A stretch of 53,696 nucleotides of DNA, taken from the NCBI RefSeq assembly GCF_001194135.2, contig NC_068998.1:51317823-51371518 (forward strand). Reading direction: 5' to 3'. The DNA is from Octopus bimaculoides (taxonomy: Eukaryota). The notes under the pieces were generated by a model. The model saw only the letters and a program-made list of their open reading frames with translations. It had not been told where the DNA came from and did no database searches. The translations under genes and the position numbers were made by a program. Of this stretch, positions 26,705 to 38,604 are shown in pieces. Position 1 is the first letter of the stretch. Every line of letters begins with the position of its first letter.

Positions 26705-27563
26705 GCGCCCACTATGATAGGAATTGTTTTTACTTTTAGATTATTATTATTATTAGTAGAAGTAGTAGTAGCAGCAGTAGTAGTGGTATGATTATTATTA
26801 TTTATTAACTCTATTATTATTATTGTTGTTGTTTTGCTGCTACTACTACTACTACTATTATGCCTCGTCGTTGATAAAACTATGAAGAGAATTCTTGAAT
26901 GAACGCAGGTGCACTTTCCTATTATTTTAAGTTGCTAATACTTCTTTTTTTTCTTTATAAGTTTTCGCTGTCATAGTTGTCTTTCTCTATTTTCTTCTTA
27001 CCTGATATCATTTTTGCTGCTTATAGCATTTCACAATGCAAACATATGCTTTGTTGTTGTTCTCGTGGTGGTGGTGGTGGTGGTCGTGGTGCTAATGTTT
27101 GTTCTTGTTGCCGTTGTAACTGTAGTGCTTTTTTCTCCTCTTGCACATCTAATTCTTTCACTACGTCATAACCTTGTTATAAAACATGTGACATAATCGA
27201 GGTTGGAGAAAAAAAAAATATTAAAATGGCATTTATTCTATGTATTTCGATTTAAATTTGCTATTTTAATGTACACTTCACTTATTATAAACACATACAA
27301 TATATATACATGCATAACAAACATATATGTATACTTCGTAACGCGGAGTAGATAAAAGTGGGGACAATTGATGAATGTTCTTTATGTTGCCTGTCTCGTT
27401 TCTCTTTTTGTTTCTTTCGTTGTTCGAAAAAAGTTCGTTTTCCGTGCTTTTGTTTTTTATGTTCTCGTTTCTCATTTTGTACACGTTCTTTTGACGTCCT
27501 GTACCCATACATAGATGTACATATACATATATATTTAGGCATGTACATGTATGTGTGTATATA

Positions 27564-27603
<40 letters not shown>

Positions 27604-28398
27604 NNNNNNNNNNNNNNNNNNNNNNNNNNNNNNNNNNNNNNNNNNNNNNNNNNNNNNNNNNNNNNNNNNNNNNNNNNNNNNNNNNNNNNNNNNNNNNNNN
27701 NNNNNNNNNNNNNNNNNNNNNNNNNNNNNNNNNNNNNNNNNNNNNNNNNNNNNNNNNNNNNNNNNNNNNNNNNNNNNNNNNNNNNNNNNNNNNNNNNNNN
27801 NNNNNNNNNNNNNNNNNNNNNNNNNNNNNNNNNNNNNNNNNNNNNNNNNNNNNNNNNNNNNNNNNNNNNNNNNNNNNNNNNNNNNNNNNNNNNNNNNNNN
27901 NNNNNNNNNNNNNNNNNNNNNNNNNNNNNNNNNNNNNNNNNNNNNNNNNNNNNNNNNNNNNNNNNNNNNNNNNNNNNNNNNNNNNNNNNNNNNNNNNNNN
28001 NNNNNNNNNNNNNNNNNNNNNNNNNNNNNNNNNNNNNNNNNNNNNNNNNNNNNNNNNNNNNNNNNNNNNNNNNNNNNNNNNNNNNNNNNNNNNNNNNNNN
28101 NNNNNNNNNNNNNNNNNNNNNNNNNNNNNNNNNNNNNNNNNNNNNNNNNNNNNNNNNNNNATATATATTAGTTATTGCAAAGCTTACAACCTTGTGTAGA
28201 ACTGTATAAACGTAAGCTTCTAATCGAAGCGTTAGTCGAGCACAGAGCGATAATAATAAAGACCCGGCGGACTCATGGACGAGTGCCTGTATGTATGTAT
28301 TACTTCAGGACTGTTGTATATACAAACTAAATACACAAACGAAACACTATTCAACTTAGGAGAGTATTGTAGCTTGCTTGAAATATTGGGTATAGTTT

Positions 28399-28625
28399 GT
28401 AAAGAATAAAAAGTTTTGAATGGCACAACAATGCACCGTAATACAAACAATGGGCTATATACCTGTTGTAATTTAGTCATCCATAGTCTGGTTATATTTC
28501 GGAAATTCTCAGACATTTTATTCCGAAATATTATCAGACTATGGATGACTAAATTACAACAGGTATATAGTCCATAGTTTGTATTATAGTGCATTGTTGT
28601 ACTATTCAAAACTTTTATTCTTTAC
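28399..28625. repeat. 227-bp fold-back (arms ~105 bp, 16-nt loop)
   Basis: 28399-28504 pairs with 28521-28625. The inner ~50 bp are nearly perfect; the outer arms differ mostly by transitions. Confidence 0.92.
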
Positions 28626-28990
28626 TATTCAATTCGTTTCCATCCAGATGTTGTGCGTACCTGATTAATAGAAACAATCTGGGATTCATTATAAGTTCGC
28701 ATATTTTTTTTAAGATCCTGGCAAAGTTAACCTTCCGAAGCTTCAATCTCTTCAGTCTACTCCTAATGTTGAATTTATCATGAAGATCTAACGAAATACT
28801 CGTAAGTGCTAGTACCGCATATAAAGGTATATTCTACTTCCACTGTCTGGTGCTATCGATTTAAAGCCAAGTGCTACAGGGTTGTTCAAAGTTAAGCATC
28901 TACTTTTACTTGGCGGTCAATGCCGAAGCGGTTATGTACGACTCTTCATAAACACGTACATTCTTCAAGCCTTGGTTAATTATAGCGATA
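28612..28990 (-). pseudogene. Probable decayed Penelope-like GIY-YIG endonuclease C-terminal region
   Basis: The minus frame reads DLHDKFNIRSRLKRLKLRKVNFARILKKICELIMNPRLFLLIRYAQHLDGNELNSKE*. This resembles PLE EN ends of the form (W)DLKDK..FNIKW.I.....Y....K.C.LCL.EKL.I......N.LN..SE. Upstream KNVRVYEESYI resembles the VY...YIG part. Compared by eye. Confidence 0.45.
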
Positions 28991-29005
28991 GGTAATCTAC
29001 ATAAG

Positions 29006-29064
<59 letters not shown>

Positions 29065-30043
29065 TAATAACAATAGTGTTTAATAATTTGTCATTTGATT
29101 GATCAACTTATAATAAGAACTAATTAAGCGACATATAAAAAAAATAACAATATAGGACTGCAATTACATTGCCTAATGAACATAGATCGGAAAACCATTA
29201 ACTACCAATTGGCACCTAATGTCAGATGATGGTTTTGTTTCTCTTTTTCTGTAATTAATATCATTAACAGTAGCACTGGTCTTATATCACTTCATTCACG
29301 AACACAGAAATAAAACATAAATATTCGATTCATTCATTATCTCTGCATATAACTTTTGAGCTACTTCCAAATCATTTACCAATAATTGTGTTCATTCAGA
29401 TGCAGTGACGTCATTAATTATTCGAATTTTCTCATGGAAACAAATTAGTGTGATTCTATAAATCTTTATTCTTATTATTATCATTATTATTATTATTATT
29501 GTTATTTCTCCAATATTTCGCAAGATAAGCAGATTTACGTTGGTACAAAGAACTTGAATATGTGGCTTCGGATATATAAGTTGCATGCATCAGTATACTG
29601 CGTGTTGAGAAACGTTCAATTATTCTGCAGTTATAGAGCATGTACCAGTAATACTCAAGGGTCGAGGCTTTGGTTTCTATCTCTGTCTCCTAAAGAGGAT
29701 TCTTTTTTTTTTTAGATATTATAGAAATAATATCGATGATCAATTTAAAATTGAATTACTGTGGATATGAAGATACAGAAGCATTTACCTACCTAATTAA
29801 CTCGAATAATTAAACAAGATCGGTGTAAAATGGGGAAGCAGTATATAATTAACTGTATTATATATTATATATAAATACACGTTTTACTTGTGTGTGTGCG
29901 TGTGTGTGTGTGTGGTATGTGTGTGTGTGTGCTTTTATGTGTATTTGTTGCTATAATGTTCGATACTTTATACGAAGATAGACACACGTCATGTATATAG
30001 ATAGCTAGCTATATGTATGGACATATATATATATATGTATATA

Positions 30044-30089
<46 letters not shown>

Positions 30090-30509
30090 TTATTCAATAT
30101 TAACAGTTTTGTATTAGAAAACCAGGAATTTATACAAGGTTGTAAAAGAAGTGCTCAAGCTAGTTGAGACATAGGTACAAAGTTAATTGCTGAATAAAAC
30201 TGTTAGGTCATCGACTCGAAAAGCCGTAGCCCACCAATGACCACATATAAGAAGTACAACATAGACCACAAAAACCAAATTAGTAAAGTGAGGTCAAAAT
30301 TTTTATACACAAGAATAAAAATCGATTAAAAATGCAATCGAATAATATAAATAAATAAATAAACAGCGATTAAAAATTGATTTAAAATATTAGAGACTGG
30401 TACAAATACAGTAGAATAAAAATATATACAATTAAACCTTGGGAGAGGCATTATGCCGGTAATAAACACACGCACTGGTTCAGTCCTTTATTAATTTATA
30501 TAGTTTTTT

Positions 30510-30550
30510 GTTAAATTATTTCATTGCACTCTTGCAATCTCTTCAGTAAC
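30510..30550 (-). ncRNA. Minimal hammerhead-ribozyme-like motif (left-arm copy)
   Basis: Exact reverse complement of 30761-30801. Confidence 0.6.
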
Positions 30551-30760
30551 TTGTCTCTCCGCTTCCATTTATTTTGAATATATGATCTGGCATTGTTTTG
30601 AAACTGTTTGGTATGAGCATGTGAGTGTGTGCAAGCTCGTATGTGTGCACGCTCATATGCGTACACACATATGAGCGTGCACACACTCACATGCTCATAC
30701 CAAACAGTTTCAAAACAATGCCAGATCATATATTCAAAATAAATGGAAGCGGAGAGACAA

Positions 30761-30801
30761 GTTACTGAAGAGATTGCAAGAGTGCAATGAAATAATTTAA
30801 C
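30761..30801 (+). ncRNA. Minimal hammerhead-ribozyme-like motif (right-arm copy)
   Basis: Stem I GTTA/TAAC; CTGAAGA 30765-30771; one extra G; stem II ATTGCA/TGCAAT with AGAG loop; GAAA 30789-30792; stem III ATAAT (self-complementary with a central mismatch); AUU triplet. Confidence 0.6.
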
Positions 30802-31140
30802 AAAAAACTATATAAATTAATAAAGGACTGAACCAGTGCGTGTGTTTATTACCGGCATAATGCCTCTCCCAAGGTTTAAGTGTATATATTTTTATTCTAC
30901 TGTATTTGTACCAGTCTCTAATATTTTTAATCAATTTTTAATCGCTGTTTATTTATTTATTTATATTATTCTATTGCATTTTTAATCGATTTTTATTCTT
31001 GTGTATAAAAATTTTGACCTCGCTTTACTAATTTGGTTTTTGTGGTCTATGTTGTACTTCTCATATGTGGTCATTGGTGGGCTACGGCTTTTCGAGTCGA
31101 TGACCTAACGGTTTTATTATGCAATTAACTTTATATATAT

Positions 31141-31340
31141 AAGTGAACCCAAACAATGAAGAACAAACAAGAGAAATACAATAACGCGAAGACGTGGTTC
31201 AAGTACTGTATTATCTAAGGCTCAGGAGAGGAAGGAAAGAGGATGTAATGTTTCGAGCCAAGCTCTTTTTCAGAAATAGCGGAAAGTCCAAAGGTAGTGA
31301 AGACGGAGGAAATCGTGAACGATATACACGCGGTTACAAT
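31141..31340 (-). mobile_element. ~200-bp Penelope-like pLTR relic between (TA)n tracts, with a decayed hammerhead at 31243-31277
   Basis: Minus strand reads ATTT-CTGAAAA-A-GAGC(TTG)GCTC-GAAA-CAT-T-ACAT. G8 is A, and the palindrome ACGT appears as ACAT. Flanked by TA repeats. Confidence 0.55.
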
Positions 31341-31455
31341 TTGAAAAGGCTATATATATATATATATATATATNNNNNNNNNNNNNNNNNNNNNNNNNNN
31401 NNNNNNNNNNNNNNNNNNNNNNNNNNNNNNNNNNNNNNNNNNNNNNNNNNNNNNN

Positions 31456-31577
31456 ATTCCAAAACTACAAATTATTACTCTACAGGTGGTTTTTTTTACT
31501 CTTCTCTATTGTTTTTTGTTCTGTGTGTATCAAAAATATCGCTATCAATTTAGAGTAATAATTTGTAGTTTTGGAAT
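31456..31577. repeat. Perfect 26-bp inverted repeat, 70-bp spacer
   Basis: ATTCCAAAACTACAAATTATTACTCT at 31456-31481 and its reverse complement at 31552-31577. The left arm abuts a gap. Confidence 0.9.
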
Positions 31578-31685
31578 CAGTAGTTTCTTTGGCTGCTATT
31601 TCTGAATTCTCAGTATGTTGGAGAAGCAGGTTACTGTCAATCCCTATATATTTATGATTATATATATATGTATGTATATATTGAA

Positions 31686-31730
<45 letters not shown>

Positions 31731-32799
31731 TAGGGTGCTGTACTGTAATTCTAAAATGCATAAGGATCTCTTTTATGTCAAAGAATCTCTCGCCTGGAAT
31801 GTTATAACCATTGACTCGCAGATTGATTGTGAATTCTATTTGTGTCACTTGTTGCTACATATTGATAGCTACACCTTTTCTGAACTAGCAAGCCATCTCA
31901 CAGTCAACCACATCTCTGCCGGTTTCTGTACATGGCGTCTCATACTCCGCTGTAAATACTTTGTTCAAACCTTATATTCAAATGCACCTTTCTTTTTTTC
32001 TTTTTCTTTTATTATTATTATTATTATTATTATTAGTTTTGCTCACGATTTCTTCATAACGGTCATTATCCTACGGATGCTCAAACCGAACATTGACGTG
32101 AAGCTTTACAAAGGTCATGGCTGTTCCCTATATTCTCTTCTTTATTAAATAAAACATTTAAAAAGAAAAATTCAAATCGAAACACGCAACCATTGTATTC
32201 CGATCTCAGTTTTTAGTACACATTAGGTATGAAAGCAAACCATGCAGCTCTTCTTCCATGCAAACGCCATCCCCCAACCAACTCGAAAACAACATTACTC
32301 TCTATTTGTTTATTTTTCGTATGTTTTTACTGTAGATGAAAATCGATGTATCAAATTCAATGCATGAGAACGCTAATTATTCTGCGAATTGGGATTTTCT
32401 AGAATCGACCTATTAAATACTTCCTTCCGTTTATCTTTTGTCAGTGTTTCTTATATATTTTTTCTATTTTCATATTAACGGTGTAGAGGTTACCGAGTTA
32501 AGGCATTTTATCTATTGATAACAGATACGTGCAGTTGGACAAAGCGAGCCGAATAGTTTGTGCAGAGATAAGGAGGCCAATTTGTTTTCTGCATAAAAAC
32601 TCAAACTCATTTATCTTTTTCTAAAATCAGTTTATCACGACGTCAGATATTTTGATTGCTGGGTTTAACTTGTGTGACTTACAACCGGCTTTAGACTACT
32701 GTTGAAGATTTAATTAAGTGGCTGTTATATTATTTAATCATACATATCAGTAGCATTTGATACTGTTTTCACTAGAAAAAATAATAATTTATTTCTTTA

Positions 32800-33000
32800 T
32801 TAATAATAATAATAATAATAATAATGAAGATGATGATAATAATAATAATAACAGTGATAATGATAATGATGGTGATGATAATAACAGTAATAATAATACT
32901 AATAATAACAATAATAATAATGATGATAATAAAAACAACAATAACAATCATAATGATGAGGGAGAGGAAGAGGAGGATAATAATAATAGCAATAATATAA
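32800..33000. repeat. (AAT/GAT)n degenerate trinucleotide tract
   Basis: Seen directly. Explains the Asn/Asp-rich ORF. Confidence 0.9.
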
Positions 33001-33154
33001 GAAGTAAATGGTCGAAGAGAATACGTGTCAAAAATTCATTGGAAGATTATATGCAACGTCACGTAGGGACGTAATCATTTAATAAGTACGATGTAAAATC
33101 TCTTCTGTTATGAGATAATAAAATCAAAGCCATGTGGCAAATTATCTTCTCAAT

Positions 33155-33536
33155 AGGCGCAGGAGTGGCTGAGTGGTAAGAAGCTTCCTTCCCAATTACA
33201 TGGTTTGAGGTTCAGTCCCACTACGTGGCACCTTGGGCCAGTGTCTTCTATATTCTCGAGCCGACCAAAGCCTTGTGAGTGGATTTGGTAGATGGAAACT
33301 GAAAGAAGCCCGTCGTATATATATATATATATATATATATAATGTATGTATATATTTGTGAGTCTGTGTTTGCCCCCCACCATGGGCTGGCAACCGATGT
33401 TGGTGTGTTTACGTCCCTGTAACTTAGCGACTCGGCAAAAGTGAGCGTTAGAATAAGTACTAAACTTACAAAAAATAAATAAGTCCTGGGGTCGATTTAT
33501 TCGACTAAAGTTGGTGCCCCAGCATGGCCGCAGTCA
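33155..33536 (+). mobile_element. Full-length bipartite tRNA-derived SINE (family C)
   Basis: tRNA-like head (ggagtggctgagtggtaag; ggttcagtccc), internal (TA)n and 3' tail ggtgccccagcatggccgcagtc. Seven copies or fragments occur in the window. Confidence 0.92.
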
Positions 33537-34777
33537 GATAGATATATACATATTGTGAGTGTGTGGGTATCTGTGTTTGTGTATACTCTGGACGAAATGT
33601 GGCTCTTGCTACGGTAGAGACAAGAAAGGCCAATTTTCAGGAAAGTAAGATTAGCCGGACATAGTGGACCCAATATGATTGACAATAGGGACACAAATAA
33701 ATGAGTTAAAGCGGCCTTTGTTCAGCTGGTACGAGGCCGATTAGTCGAGGATTACAGTCTGTTCTAATATAGAAACAAAACAGCGAGAAGGCAGCGGGAT
33801 GTGACAACGCTGGAATGGGCGGACCACTGACGAGAGTGGGTTGCTAAGAATTTCCATGCTGTTTAGTCTTGTGTGATTTGAAACTAAATCAGATTTTACA
33901 CTTGATATAAAACAACACGATTTTCAAGTATTTTATATTTTGTTAGGAATGTCAGATAATTTTTTCTGTTGTCTCATAAAAATAGAACTATTTGACAAGA
34001 GGAAAAATAAATAAACGAGGCAAAAATCAGCAATTTTTTCCCCATTAACTACTTATATTTAAAGTTTCGAAAGGGTATAAACGAAAAATAAATAATAGAA
34101 GCAATTTATTTCATTGTCTAAAGACAGATATACCGTATAATGTGATTCTTTGTCTTTTGAAATTTTAAAAAGAAAAGAAAAGAAAAGTTTTAAACTGATA
34201 ACATGAAATAAAACAATTTTATTGCCAGAAAACTGTGTCATTCTATAGAAAATTTTCAAGACGTAATTAGAGAAATTATAGAATGCATTACTGTACTATT
34301 GACACAGAGAGACAGATAGATAGATAGAGAGAGAGAGAGAAGGTAGATTTGTCTTTTAACGGTTCAGAAACGGGTTTCGTAAAAGCTTGAGGAAAATTGT
34401 CAGGTGATAGAGGGGCGGGGCTGTTGTAGAAGAAATATTAGGCGTGAAATGTGAAGTGGGGAAGGCGGAATCAATGATTGATGTGTGACGTGTTCTAGAT
34501 ACAGTGACACTAAATTGGAAGACAGACAATGCACAATAAACCAATATTCACATCTGAACCGATTTTTAGTCTATAACAAAAATTTTAGTTACTGTTTACA
34601 TAAATAGGGTTACAGCTTATGCACTTAAAACTGGGGCATTGTTCTGTTAATTAAGCAGATTGAGATGTTTACTGTGAAGCCCACTGTCGTTCATCTTTTG
34701 GTTTTGATTTTTTGAATGGTGTTAGTTGCTGTGTTTGGAAGAAGCGGTGCAGTGGTTGCTGAGGTCTTTTGTACATC

Positions 34778-34880
34778 CTCCGAAACCGCTTTTTGATGAC
34801 GTCAAAGTTTCGCTTTAATAGTCGCTCAACGTCTGCAGAGATGATCTGAATGGAGAGAATATTTCCGAGGGACAATGCTT
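34778..34880 (-). pseudogene. Possible hAT transposase C-terminal dimerisation-domain relic
   Basis: LGNILSIQIISADVERLLKRNFDVIKKRFR resembles hAT ILSIPATSA.VER.FS....VI...R.R. Short and compared by eye. Confidence 0.35.
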
Positions 34881-35272
34881 AGGAGAGGAAGGACTGTGTT
34901 TAGTGGTGTGTGTGTTTTGTGACGAAATAGAAACGGTGAGAGTTGGAAGGGCGAGTCACGCGACGGTGCATGAATGGGTAAGGTACGAGATCTGCTGACA
35001 CCAAAGAAGAGAGCCAGTTATAGTATTGTAGTATGAGGCTGTTTGAAGACAAATTAAACCTAATCTAGCAGAACAGCTTGATAACAGATATTCCAATCTA
35101 TAATTATCAATGAGCTCAATCAGGTATGCCTTAATCAAAATTATTGGCTTGTGGTGTGAAAGGGCGTAGCCTAATTAAACCACTGAAGATCTTTAACCAA
35201 GGGCACTATAGTCAACTTCAGCTAAAAGTAAATTTGCTTTATAAAACACACACACACGCACAGACACACACA

Positions 35273-35313
<41 letters not shown>

Positions 35314-35872
35314 GTATGTATGTATGTATGTATGTATGTTTCTATATAACGAATTAACTCTTCGACAATTAGTTTAACAACAGAATTACGTATATTTGAT
35401 CAACATATTAGAATCTCTTTGCTACCCGTTACAGGTTCGATAATATGATAGTCGTTGATAAAGAACGAAGTAATGAGTGTGTGTCTTTTTTATACGCAAC
35501 AACGTTAATAGCTGCAGAATCTTTAAATTGCCTCAAGCACAATACATTACACCTGAATGCAATCATTAAATTATTGATTTGTTAACGTTGTTTACAGCAT
35601 TTAATACGTCATATACATTGAAATAGTTCACTGAACATTTCAACTGCAGCTTTCTGTTTCTTTTAGACTTCTTGACAACTGCAGCTATGCTCATTTGTGC
35701 AGACAAGAGAAGCATTGCATTCTTCTGCTGTATATGTTAAATTATATGAGGAGAAATGCCGCAAAAATATTATAATTTGATTTCCAAATATTTATTGAGT
35801 TTTAAGCAAAATAAGAGAATAAATGCAGGGAAGAAATAATATTTGTTATATCGCTAAATTAAAATTAGCCAG

Positions 35873-35922
35873 CGAAGGAATCGTTCAACGAAGGAATTGT
35901 TCAACGAAGGAATCGTTCAACG
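35873..35922 (+). repeat. 16-bp tandem triplication (CGAAGGAATYGTTCAA)x3
   Basis: Seen directly; one substitution. Confidence 0.95.
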
Positions 35923-36588
35923 TAGTAGAAACAGTAAAAAAAAACTTTGCTGAAAGGAAACAATTTTTTATGGTTTAGGAAATGATTGGTGCCAATCGGC
36001 CTTCACAGACAATTCTAAATCGGCGGCAACGGCGTAGTTGTTCTCTTTAGAAAACCCCACTAAGAACTGGATTTTTTTGTGGCGCGTAATGTGTTAGATA
36101 TATCCGTTGCTAGGCTTTACCACTAGCTGGTCAAACTGGCTGCCTTTTAGTAATACCCAACTACAAACGTTCTTACTGTGGGAAAGCAGATGTTGTTTAC
36201 GGCACAACTGCGTATTGGCGATAACGTATTACTTCCAGAGTACCAGTGGTCAGTGGTTTAAGTTCATCAACAGAGTGTTACTATGATGGCAACAGTAGAC
36301 TGAAGGATGTTGCAGTATATACCGTTTCTGACAGAAACATATTTAGCAATTACGATCTCCACATGAGCAAGGACACTACATGTTATGTTGTTGACATACA
36401 ATGACACTACATGTTTGTGTTGCTGAAGATGTCTCTTTAGTCTCAGAATTCCCAGATGAAGTAAGAAGGAAAGATATGTTTTCCAAGACAACAAGTGCAT
36501 GTGACGACAGCATAGATAGATAGATAGATAGATAGAGACAGACAGACAGACAGACAGATAGCTTTACAGACAGACAGACAGACAAACC

Positions 36589-36747
36589 GACAGACTTCTT
36601 TCAATTTCCGTTTAACATATCCACTTACAAGACTTTGGACGGCCCGAGGCTATAGTAGAAGAAACATGCCCCAGGTGCAACGCAGTGGGACTGAACCCGG
36701 AACCATGTGGTCGAAAATGAAACTTCTTACCACACAGCCACGCCTGC
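36589..36747 (-). mobile_element. 5' half of family C SINE
   Basis: ggcccgaggctatagtagaag...cgcagtgggactgaacccggaaccatgtgg...ccacacagccacgcctgc matches 26560-26670. Confidence 0.88.
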
Positions 36748-37113
36748 ATTTGTATTCTGCAGACATACACAAAATTGTTTCCCTGCATTTCTCTGTGTGT
36801 ATGTGTACGTGTGCGAGCGTGTGATTAAGTTTGTGTATGTGCTTATCTGCATGTGTATGTGCTTACCTGCATGTGTATGCGTAAGCGTCTATGTAAATTT
36901 CTCGATACTGTTATACTCCTACAGAAACCTAGCAGCGGTTAGCATCTATTAAATTATGTGTGTATACATGAGTCTTCGCTGTATGTGTATGCCTATCTAC
37001 AAATGTAGTATAATACCTGTATGTGTGTTTGCATACATGCGTATATATTTGTACATGTGTGCGTGTATAATATATGTATGGGTGTGTTTGATACTAAAAC
37101 AGTTTGCACAAAA

Positions 37114-37163
<50 letters not shown>

Positions 37164-37475
37164 GCTGATACTGATTCAGCGAGTCTTTTAATATTATCAT
37201 ATAAAACATTGTTATCGTGGTTTTATAGTGTCTTCTCTTCTCTCACTTTATTGATATCACATTCGTTGTGTTCTGATTCCTGTTATCGGCCCTAGGATAT
37301 TCTATAAACATTGTCAAATATCAAGAAACTATAAACTATATTCTATGGCTAGACAAAATAATTCACATCTCCTGATTTTGGCAGTTACAAATTACTATCT
37401 ACGTTATTTTTTATAATGTGTCTATGAATTTTTTATTCATACGCAGATAACTTTTAGGAACTCTTTATTCCATTA

Positions 37476-37519
<44 letters not shown>

Positions 37520-37861
37520 TCATAAGTATTATCATCAGCATTATCATCAACGATTTCAATTATTACTCCAGCCAAACAAACTGGGGGCGAGCTTACAATG
37601 TATATCTAAAACACACACACATAGGTGTATATATATATATATATATATATATGATATATAAATATGTATCTATATATCTATGTGTGTGTGTGTGGATATA
37701 CATTATCACAAGATATTATTTCAAGATTATTAGAGTATAGTCATTTAGATATTTTTACAATTTTTGTGGGTGGGGGGGGAAGATTCTATAGACAAAATAC
37801 TTATTCGACCCAAGTGACTATAGACAAAAAGTCTTAGACCCTACACATGCACGCACGCACG

Positions 37862-38130
37862 CACGCGCGCGGCTGAGTTTTTAAAAAGTGACCCACTCAT
37901 CAAACGTTGTTTCGGTTTTAGTCCCCGTACACGCCACCGTCATAAAGTCTGAAACCACGACACGAAGACTATCTCTCTTTTGTTCCACTAAATGTACGTC
38001 TCGGACTTTTCCGTGCCTTGCACACAATTCTTCGACATTAGCTGCATTAGTTAGTCTTCAAACAAAACGTATTGTAACGTCTTCATTAAAATGCTCACAC
38101 CGTAGTCGGTTGGTATTGTTTTCACTTGTA
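37862..38130 (-). mobile_element. Possible decayed Tc1/mariner 3' end
   Basis: ggctgagtttttaaaaagtgaccca resembles mariner TIRs. It lies just downstream of the minus-frame peptide ANVEELCAR...SLRVVVSDFMTVACTG, which resembles mariner C-termini. Weak. Confidence 0.33.
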
Positions 38131-38384
38131 TTTTGTGCAGGAAAATTTTCATCAACTTTCACCAATTATTTCTGTGACACGTCAGGTTTCTTGAAATCCC
38201 AATTCTTCGTCTCTTTCATTTTTCCATTATATATTTAGTTTCTGCTGTCTTGTATTTTCTGCTGATATTTATATTTTTTTATGCCGACAAATTTCTGTTT
38301 TCGTTTCTAGCAGAGAATATAAAGGACCATATGAGGTGTGCTGAAGATAGTCTATGTCTGTGTGCTGTGATAGTCTATTATAGT

Positions 38385-38465
38385 GGATATAGAGGTCTAT
38401 GTGTGGCGTGCGTAAGATGCATACTAGGGAATAGTAGTGAAGCATGGGCAGTAAATATAGAGGAG
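38385..38465 (+). pseudogene. RTE-clade LINE ORF fragment
   Basis: YRGLCVACVRCILGNSSEAWAVNIEE resembles RTE KGRLYDACVRSAMLHGSETWA...ED. Confidence 0.45.
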
Positions 38466-38604
38466 TGTGTGAGTTGTGTTTATGATATGATCACGAGGTT
38501 TTTGCAACCCCAGATTCAGAGTCGGTGCCTGACTAGTGAATCCACATGTGTAGTGATGCATCATTCCCTGTGCATGTTACTAAGATCGCAAAACTATCCG
38601 AGTG

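Larger units (their letters stand above)
30179..31132. repeat. ~954-bp near-perfect palindrome (inverted pLTR-like pair)
   Basis: 30179-30659 pairs with 30668-31132 around an 8-nt loop. I count about 8 substitutions over ~465 bp, plus a 16-bp duplication (30627-30642/30643-30658) in the left arm. (TA)n lies on both outer sides. Confidence 0.97.

Noticed and set aside
28481-28545. CTGATAA...GAAA at the centre of the 227-bp hairpin
   Set aside because: G8 is missing and 5-6 nt offsets on both sides simply mirror the fold-back symmetry.
35873-35922. Heat-shock element reading of the 16-bp triplication
   Set aside because: GAA and TTC are 3 nt apart rather than the 2 nt required.
36181-36261. 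IGDNVLLPEY resembling Hsp10 GDKVLLPEYGG
   Set aside because: Only about 9 residues match, flanks do not align, and a stop follows after QWSVV.
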